Translations under genes and position numbers: made by a program | Part shown: piece by piece, positions 11,349 through 24,694 of the stretch | How the letters are laid out: every line of letters starts with the position of its first letter | Numbering within the stretch: position 1 is the first letter of the stretch | Source: Paecilomyces variotii | Lineage: Eukaryota | NCBI GenBank assembly: GCA_004022145.1 | Contig: RCNU01000002.1 | Direction: 5' to 3' (one strand) | Length of the DNA stretch: 64,000 nt | Notes under the pieces: generated by a model | Told to the model about the DNA's origin: nothing | Seen by the model: the letters and a program-made list of their open reading frames with translations, nothing else | Databases searched by the model: none

Positions 11349-14300
11349 ACGCACGGGGACAGGAGTCACGGACGCTATGTTACCTTTTTTACGCCTTGTG
11401 CCGGTTTCAAGAAAGAAAAATCGAGTTCCATTTAATGAGCATCTAGCCCTCTACAAGAGTCTCTGAGCCAACCAAGTAGGATTCCTGTTAGGTTATAGCG
11501 CGAATAAGAAATAGGCGTATTCATGGTTGATTAGTTGAGTCGGTCTTGTCTCTGTGAATGTGTGCAGCATTAGGAACATTGGCAAGATCTTAAGAGAATT
11601 CAACGTTGGTACAGACCCTCGAAAGCCATTGAGGAGTTTATGCCGTCATGTTCCCTTATTTTCATCTAATTTTTGCGCCTTGAAGATATACGGGATCACG
11701 TTGGTGTGCCTTCATTTCCACGTCGAACCTAGACGGCTGTTATACAATCCTGTCGGTCTCCAAGTAATATATTTGACAGGGAAATAGCTTAATCATATTA
11801 CCTTCTCCATCAGAGTCGACCTTGATGCCCATCTTTCGGTCACCAGAGCCCGACTAGTTCCCAGTACCCAGCCTTCTTACTGAAATCCAAACCATGTCCC
11901 CACCTAGATATTCTCTAAGCGACCTAGACGATTTGGGTCCATAGTGGTGTTTCAGATCTCTTTATGTTTTCTGCTTCTGATATCTGAGAAAATCTCCGTT
12001 TGCCAATTCGTATCTCTAATCTTGGACTGTAGATGCTCCTGGCTAGAGAGAAATTATGGCAATAAGCGTGAGACGTGTACTGGCCTATTATAACTTAGGG
12101 AATCCCAGACTACCCATCATCATACACATTCTCTTATATATCCCCTTCTCAGGCATTAAATGTTTCAGGAATAATATAGTGGTCCAAATCTCTGAACAGA
12201 ATTATGGCCTGCAAATGTTTTACTAAACGCGTATGGCAGAGCAAGTCACACCAGATATGGCAAACAAAAAAGAATATCAGAGGAGTATGGAAAGAATAAA
12301 GTACCACAAATGTCATACAGATTGTCGCAGTGAAGTTTGCTTCTTGCACATGATTGCTATTATGTCCACCAGGCCATCTAGTCCTTGGTAGTTTCGTCTG
12401 TTTATTGGTCTTCGCCGTCTAAGCCAAGATCTCGTGTAAATTGTAATATGAACCAATTATGCGTTCGTACGTACACGTGGATTCTACTAGTATAAATGAT
12501 GATGCTTAGATAGTATGGTAATATTCTAAGGAAAGAGTAAAAGATAAAACGCAAAAAGATTCCCAGGCCTAGGATTTAAAGCCTGGGGAGTTCCAAGGTT
12601 CTACCTAACGGAGAATCAAGTCCAGTAGGGCAGACACAGACCATATGATCAGTGGGATTATCTGACCGGTCCAGATCCCCCTGAAAAAAACTAGAGTGTC
12701 ACTCGCCATGTTTCCTATTACACCAACCTGAGCTCTGGTAAGAGAACGGTTCCTGCTGGTCATGATAAATCTCGGTATTCAAGAATCCGGGCTCACGTCA
12801 GAGGAAATGGCCCTTTTCTCCATCTCTGGACGGTTCCTGCCTCACGCTATCGCCTCATACGGCCTCGTATGATTGTTTGAGTTATCAGGTTACCTAGCCA
12901 GGAGAATTAGTACTATCCTCATCGACTTTGTTGTTCACTTATGTAGGGGGGGGGTAACTTACTTTAGTATGATGTGAAAGTTTGGTCAGTTTGTTGACTT
13001 GGTTAGGTTCTTGTCTAAAAGGATCAATAGAACTATATTATCAGCTGTGGGAGTAAGATTTAATTTATAGTTATACTCATGTATCATAGTGGGTCAGTAT
13101 CTCTTGTTTAATTCGAATAGTCCCTGCATGGCATACAGCTCCGCGTGACTAGCAATTATTTTCCGAATTGGTCTTGGGATTCCTTTTTATCACATTGGAC
13201 TCGTTCTTAATATAGGCTTTCGTTACCTAGTTATCTTAATAGGTATTTATATCGGTTGTTAAATGGTACGCATATATTTAAAAGCACGTGATAACTGTAT
13301 ACCTGTGATGTTACCCTAAAAGCCTGGCAGGGAGGTTTAATAAAGGCTTCCGAATAGGCTCGCGGCTTAACGGTTTCCAGATTGCCTCTATACTCCATAG
13401 GCACATTAAACAATTTCAGAAGGGAAGATAGCGACTTCAAGTACTGGCATATTCCCGGGCCGTGATGGGATCTGTGCATTGTTATCGCGTTATCTAGCTA
13501 CTCTATTTCGAGGCTAATTTAGCTCTGTTTAGTGCTAGCTGACGCAAGAACATGAGTGCATGAGTGGGATAGGAAAATAACTGGCTACTAAGAACTAGTT
13601 ACGCAATTTGATGCCCCATGTGTATCTAGGCAGTCCATTTGAGAGGTTGGAAGATAATATGTGCAGGTGGCTAGGTCATTCTATGTTGACTTGGCTAGGG
13701 AAATATGCTATATAAATTTCTGCCCGTTTTTGGCTCGGAACCCCCATCGTCAAAACAACAGTAGAGAATCTCGAGGAATCAAGCTAAGTATTTTGGCACC
13801 TGCTACAGAACACCGGCCACGCGTCCGCACCGTCCATCTAGCGGACTCTGGAAAAAAAGACCATCTGTTTACTGGTACGTTTTCTCCCCCGCCAGCCACA
13901 GCTTTGTTGTCACTTCTGATGGACCTTTTCCTTATCGACTAACGCCATCTCGCATAAAGCGTAAGACGATACCTTGGTTGATATCTGACATATCTCTTTT
14001 AGTGTTTTATTGAGCGATCTAGCATTTTCTTCGGCGTTGAAGCCCGGGCTAGAGCAATGCAACGGATAGCATCGCCCTGATGCTAGAGAGGATACGTACG
14101 AGCATTACTACTGACGGCATTTATTCGGTGCTTTTTAGGCTATACGATTAGATCGCCATTGCGGATCGATTTCTATCAAATGCACTGCGTGCTCAGACGG
14201 CACTGAGGAGAGCCCGCTCTGCCGCCTCGCTGAGGCTCTGGATTCAGAGTAGGTTGTGTGACGTTACGGAGAGTTGTTATCTGATCACTAGTCTATATTG

Positions 14301-15886
14301 ACATTTTAGTTTCTGGCCTTGGTAGGTAGTTATCTTGAAGGGATTATTGTCACAGTACGTACTCTATTGGTTCCTCTTTGCACGCCGTCTTCCCGCTGAC
14401 AAAGGAAAATTCTGACCGAAGCTGGAAATATCTTCCGAGCCCTGAGATCATCAAAGCAATCTGTATCATTGCCTTTCTATCGAACGGACAACATACTTGT
14501 ACTCTTCTATTCCATGGACCACAATAATAATAACAGTAACTTTCTCGTCGCTACATCTCACCACCCGATGGCACACAGACCGTGATCAACGCGGGAAGAG
14601 CCCGAGGCAGTGAGCCGTCAACAATCGTGATCCACAGGCCGATCGCGTCCCCCACAGTCGTCTACGGCATGACGGCGATGGCTGATCTGGCTCTTCGACC
14701 GTGGGCCCATTCCGTTCTAGATCTCAGTATTTCCATCCATTTTCTGCTTTCCAGACACCGCGGTCTCCCGTTCCTGTCGAGCGTGTGGTGCGAATCCGGC
14801 TCCTCTTGCTCTCCTTGGAAGATTCGAGACGGGAATAAATGGCCACCTGGCGAGGCGGCTGGATTGCTGCTAAAGATACTATCTACTCTATATGGCGATG
14901 ACCCCGATATTGTCAGGATGGGAGCGCCTATTTGCCGCCTACCCTCTAGGCAGAATCGCGATCCAGACAAGCTGATACTGGAAATGTCACCCGTCAAGGA
15001 ATAGTACCCTAGGATGAACCAGCTCTATCCAGGACTGGTTACAAAAAACGCCTGCTCGCCTGATCTTCTCAAAGCGTGGGCTCGTCCCGGACACGGGCTT
15101 TGAGCGCCTCTTCTAGGCCCGGCGCGGGATCCCGGCACTGTGAGCTTCGAGGCCTTCCTGCTTTTTGATTACGGCACTAGACTTGCTCGACCCTTCAATC
15201 CTTTAGACTCGTTCTTGTAAGGTCCTCTTCTAATAACTCACAGCGCAATACCAAGTGCGCTATTGTTACGTTCTTTTCCGCATCTACCATTTTCACTTAT
15301 CATTCCTGGGGATCAAAACTAGGATTCGGATTCTGACGATCTTCCTGGTCTCTGCGTCGCAGATCCGCTAAAAAGACCGACTGCCCCCTCATTGGAAAAG
15401 CGTCCGGAGTATTCCCCATCTCCGCAGCCGGAGCAGCGACTCCAGACTGATATTTGCTACTCACGCCGGGGTCTTGACTTCTTATTTGGCATATAGATGA
15501 ACCGGCTGTGTGGTAGCGAGATTAGCTGCGCGGTTTGGTCGGCACAAGATACGGATATATTTCCAACCCCCGACGTCAGTCTTCAGCTATTTGCAAACGT
15601 GAATAGTGTTTTAATGCCTGTACGAGCAATATAACACCTCTCTCACGCTCGACATAGATGAGACGGCCTAGTGGAGGAACGCATCAGAGCTAGATCGTTA
15701 TCGAATCGTCTCCGTTACGGCGATTTCACCGCACCAGACTTCAAAGCATGCTTTGGGGCCTTTTTCTACAGAGATTTATCATATATTGAGAGAGAGCAAC
15801 GAATATCCTTTATAGGTCCCCTCTCACGATATCGAAATCGAATCCGATGCCCGAGGAAATAAGCACCGATTCACGTACAACAGAAT

Positions 15887-18839
15887 ATGTCTGGGACAGT
15901 CACAGCCGATTCATCGGATCTCTGGAGCTCATGTGGTCCGTCGATTCTGCCGCGGGAATCCTTATGCCTGTCGAGTGACCAGCCTGACATTGCTGTCCAC
16001 AGTGGAGATTCCAATTTCGCCGATTCAGTTGTCAAGTACTTCGACGTAGCACAGAGCAACGCTGTGGAGCAGTTGGTAGCGCTCAAGGATGGGTTGAGGA
16101 CGGTGGAGACGAAGATATTCTGGCAGCGCTTGATGGAAGGTGTGACATCCATCTGCGGCGCCCAATATGGATTTGTGGCAAAGGCCACCGCAACAGATGG
16201 GGGATGGGGTGGCCAAAAGACAAACGGTCGATCGTTTCCCTTGGGAGTAGCCTACTCCCGGCGTGAAGATGGTCACCATATTGAAGAAATGTCTCGGGAT
16301 CATAGGTATCTTGCCTGTAGCACTCTTCGTGCTCACATGAATCATGCCAAGGTGTTCCTAATACCAGAAAAACTTGGCTCTTTCTTGCAGAGTGAGGCAG
16401 ATCAGCTGCCTTTTCCTGCAGAGGCTTATTTGGGCGTGCCGCTATTCTTGGAGGGACATTGTATCGCCTATTTCGGCCTCCTCTGGTCAAAAGACGGTCT
16501 TCAAAGGAGGAATCTGCCATGGTCTTACTTGGAATTGATTCTTCATTCGTTAGAAGAGATGATAATTCCACGAGTGCTGGCTGGCGAAAAATTTGACGAG
16601 ACAGTGACGCCAAATAGCATCGAAGCCGTCTCCACGGAGAACCCCCATAACGACTCTTGCCAAGCCGTCAGTAACTCAGCAGCACCATTCTCATTTCAGC
16701 CCCTTAAGCCCTATGCTAGGAGTTTATCTCATGAACTGCGAACACCAATGCAGGGAGTTGTGGGTATGCTCGATGTTATGCATGCTACCGTCCGGGAAGC
16801 TCTGGACAATCAGCCTAACGCAGAAACGTTCCGTCTGTTCCAAAGTCTGAAAGAGAACATCGAGGCTGTACAAGGTCAGTCGGTCATAGATTTCTTTACT
16901 GATGCTTTACACCTAACACCCTTTTACAGATAGCGCGAGGCGAGCTGTTGAGGCCGCAGACAATGTCGTCCACGCCTATGATCTTAACATGGAAGTTCCT
17001 AAGACGCCTTCGAAGGAGGTGCAGGAGGAAATCTTGGGCGATGTCTCCATTCCACCTGCAAATGTGCATGATAGCCGTCCGAGCATTTTCATTGAAGGAA
17101 ATAACATCGCCGTTAATCCGTTCAAACGACGGAGGAGCAATGCAGTTGACTGGGGCTATGCCCCAAGCTCGAAACGGAGGTCGCGTCTCGTGGCCCGGGA
17201 ACTGTCTCCACGGACCGAAGAGGTCAAACATGCGGTCCTCGAAAGTGATCAGATCGTGTATTCGGCTCCGGAACATCATATGGAGGAGGTTGTTGCCAAT
17301 GCTGTCAAGCAGACACCCTCCCTTGCCGCTCGAAGGTCTGCTTCTCACATCATTCTCGAAGGTCCTAGCTTGATGGGGCCGGTCTTCAGACACACAAAAA
17401 TCCGTGATCTGCTTCGTTTGGTTATCAATGAATCGCTTAACGTTGGCGACCGCCCGGACTCAGCGGTGGGAGAAGCCACCGCGTTCGGAGAGCGGATAGA
17501 GGTACGCTCACGTTCATCCAACGGAGAGGTTTCATCGAAGATAATAGAGTGGCTCGTCGACTCTACGGTTCCCGAGACCGTCTTCGTTGATGACCGGGAT
17601 TTGGCTAAGCTAATATCATGTGTTTTTCTAAACGCTGTCAAGTTCACTGAACGCGGGGAGGTCACAGTTTCAGTCACGTTGAACAGAAAGTCTCACTCCA
17701 TTTTGATCTCTGTTAAGGACACAGGTACCGGAATACCTGCCGCGTTCTTGCCAAATCTCTTCAAGCCTTTCTCTCGTGAGGATGACTCAACTACACGCAG
17801 TAAAGAAGGCCTCGGTTTAGGGCTCCTGGTGGCTAAGGGCCTGTCAAGGAAGATGGGAGGTGACTTAACTTGCGTACGATCATCCACGTCAGGGCCTGCT
17901 CATGGCTCGGAATTCGAAATCAGAGTGCCCATCAGTCCGGTTGATGCGCTCAGAAGACCTCTCACGCCTATGGATAGACCGCGAAGTGTCTCGCAAATCA
18001 GCCTCGTTGAAAACGGTCACGATTCCGATGTTAGTTCTGAAACGAGACCTGACAGCAGAGGTCGAGACACTAACCCTCCAGGCGGCTCTTCTCCCCCCGG
18101 CACTAACGGCTCTCAACAACTTTCTCCAGAATCAATGGACGCTGGTAACTGTCCCTCACCATGTGGAGTTTTTGCGACCCCGAAGAGCGCCCGTGTGCCT
18201 ATTGGGCGTCACACTCATGACCATACACTTGCTGAAAAGTACCCTCTCACATTTCTGGTAGCGGAGGACAACAAAATAAACCGGCGCGTACTGGTAAATA
18301 TGCTTGGTAAACTCGGCTATCACGATGTTTACGAGGCTTTCGACGGAAAGGAAGCAGTCCGTATCATGGACGACATCCTACTATCACACTACCCCTCGCC
18401 TGCACCTGCCACTCCTCCAACAGAGGATCACGAGCACCAAAGTTCAAACAATATGCCATCGCAAGGGCGCTCACCAGCTAAGAAGCTTGTGGATGTGGTT
18501 CTGATGGATCTATGGATGCCAGAGATGGACGGATACGAGGCTACAAGCCGTATATTCGAGCTCGTGGATAAACATACTCCCCATATTAAGCCACATTCAC
18601 GGAAGAAGTTGCAGCCGCCGTCTTCATTCTCTCTGGGGCCTATGGACGATTCTATCCCATCACCAGCGTCGTCGCCGCTTTCTCCCACCGTTCTAGCAGT
18701 AAGTGCAGACGTGACCGATGAAGCGTTGGGCCGTGCTTGTAAGGTTGGAATGGAAGGTTACATGACGAAGCCATACAAGCTGTCAGATCTGGAACGGTTG
18801 ATTTTGGAGTTCTGCGGCGGCAAGGCCAATTCGACATGA
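15887..18839 (+). CDS. Cytosolic hybrid sensor histidine kinase (GAF-like, HisKA, HATPase, receiver), 2 exons
   Basis: Intron 16875-16929 joins the two ORFs in frame (VQ|DSARRAVEAADNVVHAY). Motifs: H-box SHELRTP, N-box FLNAVKFT, G1 DTGTGI, G2 GLGLGL, and receiver VAEDN...LMDLWMPEMDG...KPY. No TM segment is evident. Confidence 0.92.
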
Positions 18840-19368
18840 TGTCTCGCGAAAAAGTGATCACCGCTGCTGGAAGCGTTTTCTTATGACGAGTACGTATTCT
18901 CTTACCTACTATTGCCTTCTTCTTGTGATTCTCGTCAATGGCAGGACCAGAACGGCATTATTTATTACTGTTGTAATTATATGAAGTTGATATGGCGTGA
19001 CGATTTACGGCTATATAAGGTACAGAAGGAAATGGTGTTCAAAACGGCCGCTCGGGTAGGCCTGGGTATCTCATGTGCATAACTCTACCCGCTAATAAGG
19101 CGTGCAAAAATCAATGTATTCATGAAACAAAAAGAAACAGCAATCATCGTCCTCTGGAATATTAATAGGAATCCAAGGAGTTGGTCGGTAACAGATCATG
19201 TGACCTCTCCAAATTGAGCTCCTTCCTTCTACGCGATAGCTTGGGAGCTCCGATGATCTTATCGTAGACGAAGATTGCGCATTCAGGGAGCTGCGAGGTC
19301 AATCACCAGCCCTCAATTGATTCAAAAGTCGATGATTCCTTGCTCGATCCATTAGATAGGATTCGACA

Positions 19369-20685
19369 ATGAAGATCTCGTGGCTATCCTCATTGCTGGT
19401 GGCCGTTCCGGTCATCGCTCTGCCTCCACACCCCGCAGCTCCGCAGAGTCCCTTGCAACTTGAGGCCGAGGCGACGTCGAATACACAGAACCGATTGAAG
19501 GAGATAATCAATGCCTCGCCTCTGCTGTCATTTCACCGGGATATCGTTGAGATCCCATCGATATCAGGAAATGAGGGCGAGGTGGGAGATTTCATCATCC
19601 GGTTTCTGAAAGCGCGCAACTTCATAGTCGAAAAGCAGATCGTCCCGTCTTATCCAGGGCGAACGAATGAACGGTTTAATATATACGCTTATCCGGCTTC
19701 AAGTCCCTCTCCAGAGATCCTCTTGACCAGCCATATTGATACTGTTCCGCCGTATATCCCTTATTCGCTTAGTTATCCTGAGTCATCCCCCAGTGGCTCC
19801 ATCGATCGAGATGAGATCTTGATATCCGGCCGTGGTACTGTCGATGACAAGGCCGCGGTGGCTGCGCAGATATTTGCGGTGCTTTCTCATCTCCAGAAGG
19901 ATCCGGAAGCGTCCTTGGGCCTGCTCTTCGTCGTTGGTGAAGAGAAGGGTGGTGATGGCATGAAGTTCTTCTCTGATTCTTCTCTCAATACGGCGCCGCC
20001 GACTTTCCATACAGTCATATTTGGCGAACCGACTGAACTGGCGCTCGTATCTGGTCATAAGGGAATGGTCTTTTTCCGAGTTACTGCCAAGGGTAAGGCT
20101 GCCCACTCAGGATATCCCTGGCTTGGCCAGAGCGCTGTGTCTAGTATACTGCCCGCTCTCGCTATCATAGATAAGCTTGGTGATATTCCTGTAGAAGAGG
20201 GCGGTCTACCATCGAGTCCGAAGTATGGTAAGACAACTCTCAACATCGGCTTTGTGCAAGGTGGTGTCGCCACCAATGTCGTGCCAGCCTCTGCAGTGGC
20301 AGAAGTCGCAGTCCGTCTCGCCGCCGGAACAGTTGAGGAAGCGCAATCTATCATTGCGAAAGCTGTTTTCAAAGCCACAAATGGTGATGATTCCATCGAG
20401 ATCGAGTTTGGTACTGAAGGCAACGGATACTCCCCTCAGGACCTTGACACGGACGTTGAGGGCTTCAATGTCACGACCGTGAACTATGGAACTGATGTCC
20501 CGAACCTCTACATCCACCAAGGCGCTGGTGGAAGCGGACATGGTCGTGTCAAGCGATATCTCTATGGACCGGGAAGTATTTTTGTTGCGCATGGAGACAA
20601 TGAAGGACTCAAGCTGTGGCACATTGAAGAGGCTGTGAAGGGTTATGGACGATTGATCGATGCGGCTATCAAGCGAAACGAGTAA
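19369..20685 (+). CDS. Secreted M20A family peptidase (ArgE/DapE-like)
   Basis: Intronless 438 aa with a signal peptide. Metal-site motifs [26 protein letters not shown] and AHGDNE are present. Confidence 0.9.
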   Translation: MKISWLSSLLVAVPVIALPPHPAAPQSPLQLEAEATSNTQNRLKEIINASPLLSFHRDIVEIPSISGNEGEVGDFIIRFLKARNFIVEKQIVPSYPGRTNERFNIYAYPASSPSPEILLTSHIDTVPPYIPYSLSYPESSPSGSIDRDEILISGRGTVDDKAAVAAQIFAVLSHLQKDPEASLGLLFVVGEEKGGDGMKFFSDSSLNTAPPTFHTVIFGEPTELALVSGHKGMVFFRVTAKGKAAHSGYPWLGQSAVSSILPALAIIDKLGDIPVEEGGLPSSPKYGKTTLNIGFVQGGVATNVVPASAVAEVAVRLAAGTVEEAQSIIAKAVFKATNGDDSIEIEFGTEGNGYSPQDLDTDVEGFNVTTVNYGTDVPNLYIHQGAGGSGHGRVKRYLYGPGSIFVAHGDNEGLKLWHIEEAVKGYGRLIDAAIKRNE

Positions 20686-21272
20686 TGAAGGAAGTATGCA
20701 ATGTGATCTGATAGGACCACTTTCGGGGCAAGAATCATACATATGCATGTGCCACTGAATATATGTCTAAGATGACAAAAACGCTGTAAATAAGCATCAT
20801 CTACCCCGTGCGAGAAAAATCTTAACCCTATACACGCATACCTAGGGTTATACCTCGGAGCATCGGATAATAGCAATAACCTCAGCGAGTACACCATGTT
20901 GGTCAGACTCGTTATTGGTCTCCAAATTTAGAATTTATGTTCTCAGCAATCCATACTTTCCCGTTTAAGAAATATCAAAACTTGCCAGTGATGCTGTTTT
21001 TTCTATGCGCGTCTTGGAGATTACATAAATCGCGCTTTATTATTCATGGGACAGTCAGATCCAACTTATCAGGATCGTTCGATACAAGGTATCATAACGC
21101 GGAGTACGTGGAGAAAGAAATCTCTAAATCGCATCTTGAATTGCGTTTATTTATGAATGCCCAGGCCTCCAGAGGATTATCAAGGACAGGGTATGAGAAA
21201 CCGGATGTAAGAAACATGCACAGTGCAAAACCCATATTTTAGCTCTGAATACAAAAATATATCTAGCTAAAG

Positions 21273-21296
21273 AAAAAAAAAAAAAAAAAAAAAAAA
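21273..21296. repeat. A24 homopolymer
   Basis: Directly visible, downstream of MNS1. Confidence 0.9.
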
Positions 21297-21437
21297 CCCA
21301 AATAATTAATTATACAAACGCTCCAGAGCAATGATACAAAACAAGTACGAACTATACAAAACAGCAACTAGAATTGCCTTTTTTCGTTGATTCTATCCCA
21401 ACACATGTAGTATAGAACGGTTATATGTATAAGATCA

Positions 21438-23673
21438 TTAGTTTCTCTCCTTCCTTGTCCATCCCGTCTTCAGATCTCCACTAAGTTTGAAGCGAGGCAT
21501 GGGATGTGCTTCGGTATTGAAGACGTTTTCTTCTAGGGAGATGAAATCGCGATCCGAGAAGAGGAGGTAGAAGTATTTCAGGGTCTCTGCGAGCCAGAAG
21601 CTTTCCATGTTGTCGCGCTGGACAGCAGGGATGGTGTTGACGTTGGAGAGGGACGTGAAGCCCATGATGTGCGAGGAGGGTTTCTTGGTCTTATCGGAGG
21701 GATCACCTTCTGTCTCGATGACGGCGGTGTGTTTGATGAAGGATTTGAACATCTCCCAGCCCCAGTGACGGTAGGTCTCATCGCCGGTAATGCGGTACAT
21801 GTAGAAGAGAGACTCGACAGTCTCTGGTCGTTGCAGGTTGTGCCGGTCCTGAGCGTGGATGTCGATATCTTGCTGCCAGGGGTTATCTTCTAGCGGGTAG
21901 AGAGGATGCGAGACCAGAAGGAGATCTTCGTGTTTCGATTTGCTGTTTCCTTCGGTCATTGTAGAGCTGGGGAATACGTCGGTCATCATGCGTGGGGGGT
22001 CGTCGATACGGAAGTAGGTGATTTCCGGAGCAAGACCGGTCTTGGTAGCCAGGTACGTTGCCCAGCATGTCTTCATCAGTTCTTTGGCTAGGAGAATCTC
22101 CTCATCCTGTCGGCGTGTCCAATCGGGGGATTTCCTTGCCTCAGCCAAGGGTCGTCCGCCAGTAGCACCAAGGGCAATTGTTCCCGGCATGAAACAGACA
22201 AGGTGGTCCATCTTAGGCGACAGAGTCCCGTCAAGTCCGTTGGGTCGCTCTCCAAGCACTGTCATTTGCGCATGTTTCGTGTATGTGATCAGATGCTTGC
22301 GGATACCCATTAAGGACTCGTCCCATAGCTCCTTGTAGATTGGCTCTTGTTCGGAGGTCTGCAGATATTGTTTGATGAGGTATTCTATACGAGTTGATCA
22401 GCTCGAAATGCGTACTGAGAGGATTTAAAAGGAAAACATACCATAGTAAGAATCACCTCGACTTCCTAGACGGATGTTCTCGCCTCGGAATTCTCCGCTC
22501 TCAGGATTGATGAAGATCGGGAGCAACCCGTCTTTCCTCTGCTGGTCGTCAACGACTTGCATAACCTTCTCCACCGTCTTCCAATATTCCGCTTCTCCGG
22601 TCAACTTAGCAAGATACTTGAACTCCAACTGCACAGAAGTGGCCTCGGCGGTGGATGAAGCGCCGCCATCAGCATGCGATGGTATACCCCTGGAAGTATT
22701 GAGGTTCACACTCGCGTATGGAACACCCGAGGTGGAGTCGAACGCACCAAGAAGACGGTCGGCGAGGTCAGTGGCTTTCTCGATATATAGATCCTCGCCC
22801 GGAGAACCCTCATCATCGTCGCGGATAGGAGCCAGGTCTGGATACTTCGTTGAAAGGTAGTGCGCGGAGAGCAGACCACCCAGCATGCGGATGGTAGTCT
22901 CGAAGGTGTTGACATCGTGATCCTGATTATACTGCAATGAAGTGTGAATCCACCGCCGCGCATCTTGCACGCGAGAGGTGAGGTTCATGATCATCAGCGT
23001 ATCGAGCGCATCGACGATGATCCAGCCCATGCCACCATTGATCATGTGTTTTCCCCCCTTGGATACGGGGTGATACTCGTCGAACCCTGACCCGAAACAA
23101 TTAATATGCCACCAACCATTTTCAAAGTGACAACCGTATCCACTCACCCCATGCATACTTCTCATATCCGTCCCAACTGACCATGAACGCATCCTTGACC
23201 TTCTCTCTCCTAGCATCCCAATCGATACCACTATTTCCCCGCCCAGACGGCTTCTCAGCCTCGCCATGCTCAAAGCTCTGAGCCCAACTCCATAGATCCC
23301 CGCCCTTCAACGACCCAGTCTTCGTCTTAGACTGGTCTGAACCACCCGACCCAAGAAGCAACCACAATAAGCTGACCACCACGAATCCTACCACCCCATA
23401 CACGATCCTCTGCCGCTGGCGTGCGGGCCCCGTCCGCCGCGGAGCAAAATATGGTTTATCCTTATACATAGGCAACGGCTTCTCCGTATCGAAGAAGCTA
23501 TTCAACTTATGCGATATCCCTCCTACGCTGTTTCCAGATTGCGATTGTGATAGGCCATAGCCGCCTAGACTACCGGAACCGCTATTTCGCGAAGAGGCGC
23601 GCCAGTAATTATCTTCGAGGGGCCGTTGTGATGAAGATAAGGAAGGGCCGGTTTGTGGGAGCTGGTAGGACAT
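21438..23673 (-). CDS. MNS1: ER mannosyl-oligosaccharide alpha-1,2-mannosidase (GH47), 3 exons
   Basis: Type II TM anchor near the N-terminus. GH47 motifs DALDTL, FETTIRMLGGLLSA, GSRGDSYY, HLVCF, RPETVES, MESFWLAETLKY and FNTEAHP are present. Introns at ~23088-23147 and ~22386-22441. Confidence 0.94.
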
Positions 23674-24694
23674 CGTCCTCGGTTTCTCCTACCATATATG
23701 TATGGGGCTGGATCTTCTTGAGATCTGCAGGGGGGTGCAGGCCAAATTCCAGAGAACTGTGTTTTGCCCAGTTGATCCTTCTTCTTTCCCGTTTTGTGAA
23801 GTTCTCAATCGGTAATGATACTGCGCGTCTCGTATGCGATTGACAATGCGACCACGCGGGAAACAATCGAAGCACGGAGGGACACTGTCTACCACCATAG
23901 TTCAGTCGTCAGCAAAAAGGTTCACCATAATAAGCCCCCCAAGCCATTATCTTTTCCTCACAACAACCAGGGTCGCAGAAATCAATAATCCAATGAGGGA
24001 GGCAGGGGAAGTGGGAAGTAGGTAACAAACAAATGTCTTCTCTACCAAAAACGTGCCTCCGTAGATCCTCCGCGTGTGCACGCAGTGTTTCCTACCAGAC
24101 TCTATACAGCCGTGGAGGGAAATATGCTCAATTGATATAAACAATAGAAGCTCTGAGCTCTAGTTCTCTCTTCTTTTTCGCTCTGAGAGAAGCTATGTAA
24201 CTTGGAGCTGGCACGTCACGCAGGTAACCGGCGGAGGAGCAACGGGGCTAAACGCGGAGGAGCTGCTGGCTTCTTGGCACCGACTGTATACACGATGGAA
24301 TGGCAGATGGTTTCCACGCTATCATGAGACATGGGGTTTATTAAAATGAATACCTTTGAGAAATTGGTATGAAGGCCATTTACTCAGTTAATCTACGACT
24401 GTTATTTCCGGGGCGCTCTGTTCCCAGGGATCAGCATGAGGATCTGGCGATCTGTCCGTTTTTTGGCTTCAATCCAAGGGCGGAGAACACGCAATTGGGC
24501 GTAGCAATTGCAGCGCATGTACAGGTAACTTTGTCGTCATAAAACTGGAAAATAGGACGAGAATAACATGCGAGAAACGTCTCGAGTTCATATATCGACA
24601 TCGCTCTCTACTTAGTTTACATTACGTAGGTTCCCCTCGGCATAAGACCATGACCAGTCATAGATCAGAAGCTTGCTGACCAACATGCACCAAA

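Noticed and set aside
12560..12660. CCCAGGC/GCCTGGG hairpin with a T-loop-like GCTTTAAATCC and a T-run on the minus strand; possible degenerate tRNA or SINE
   Set aside because: I could not build a D-arm or anticodon arm, and the B-box is non-consensus.
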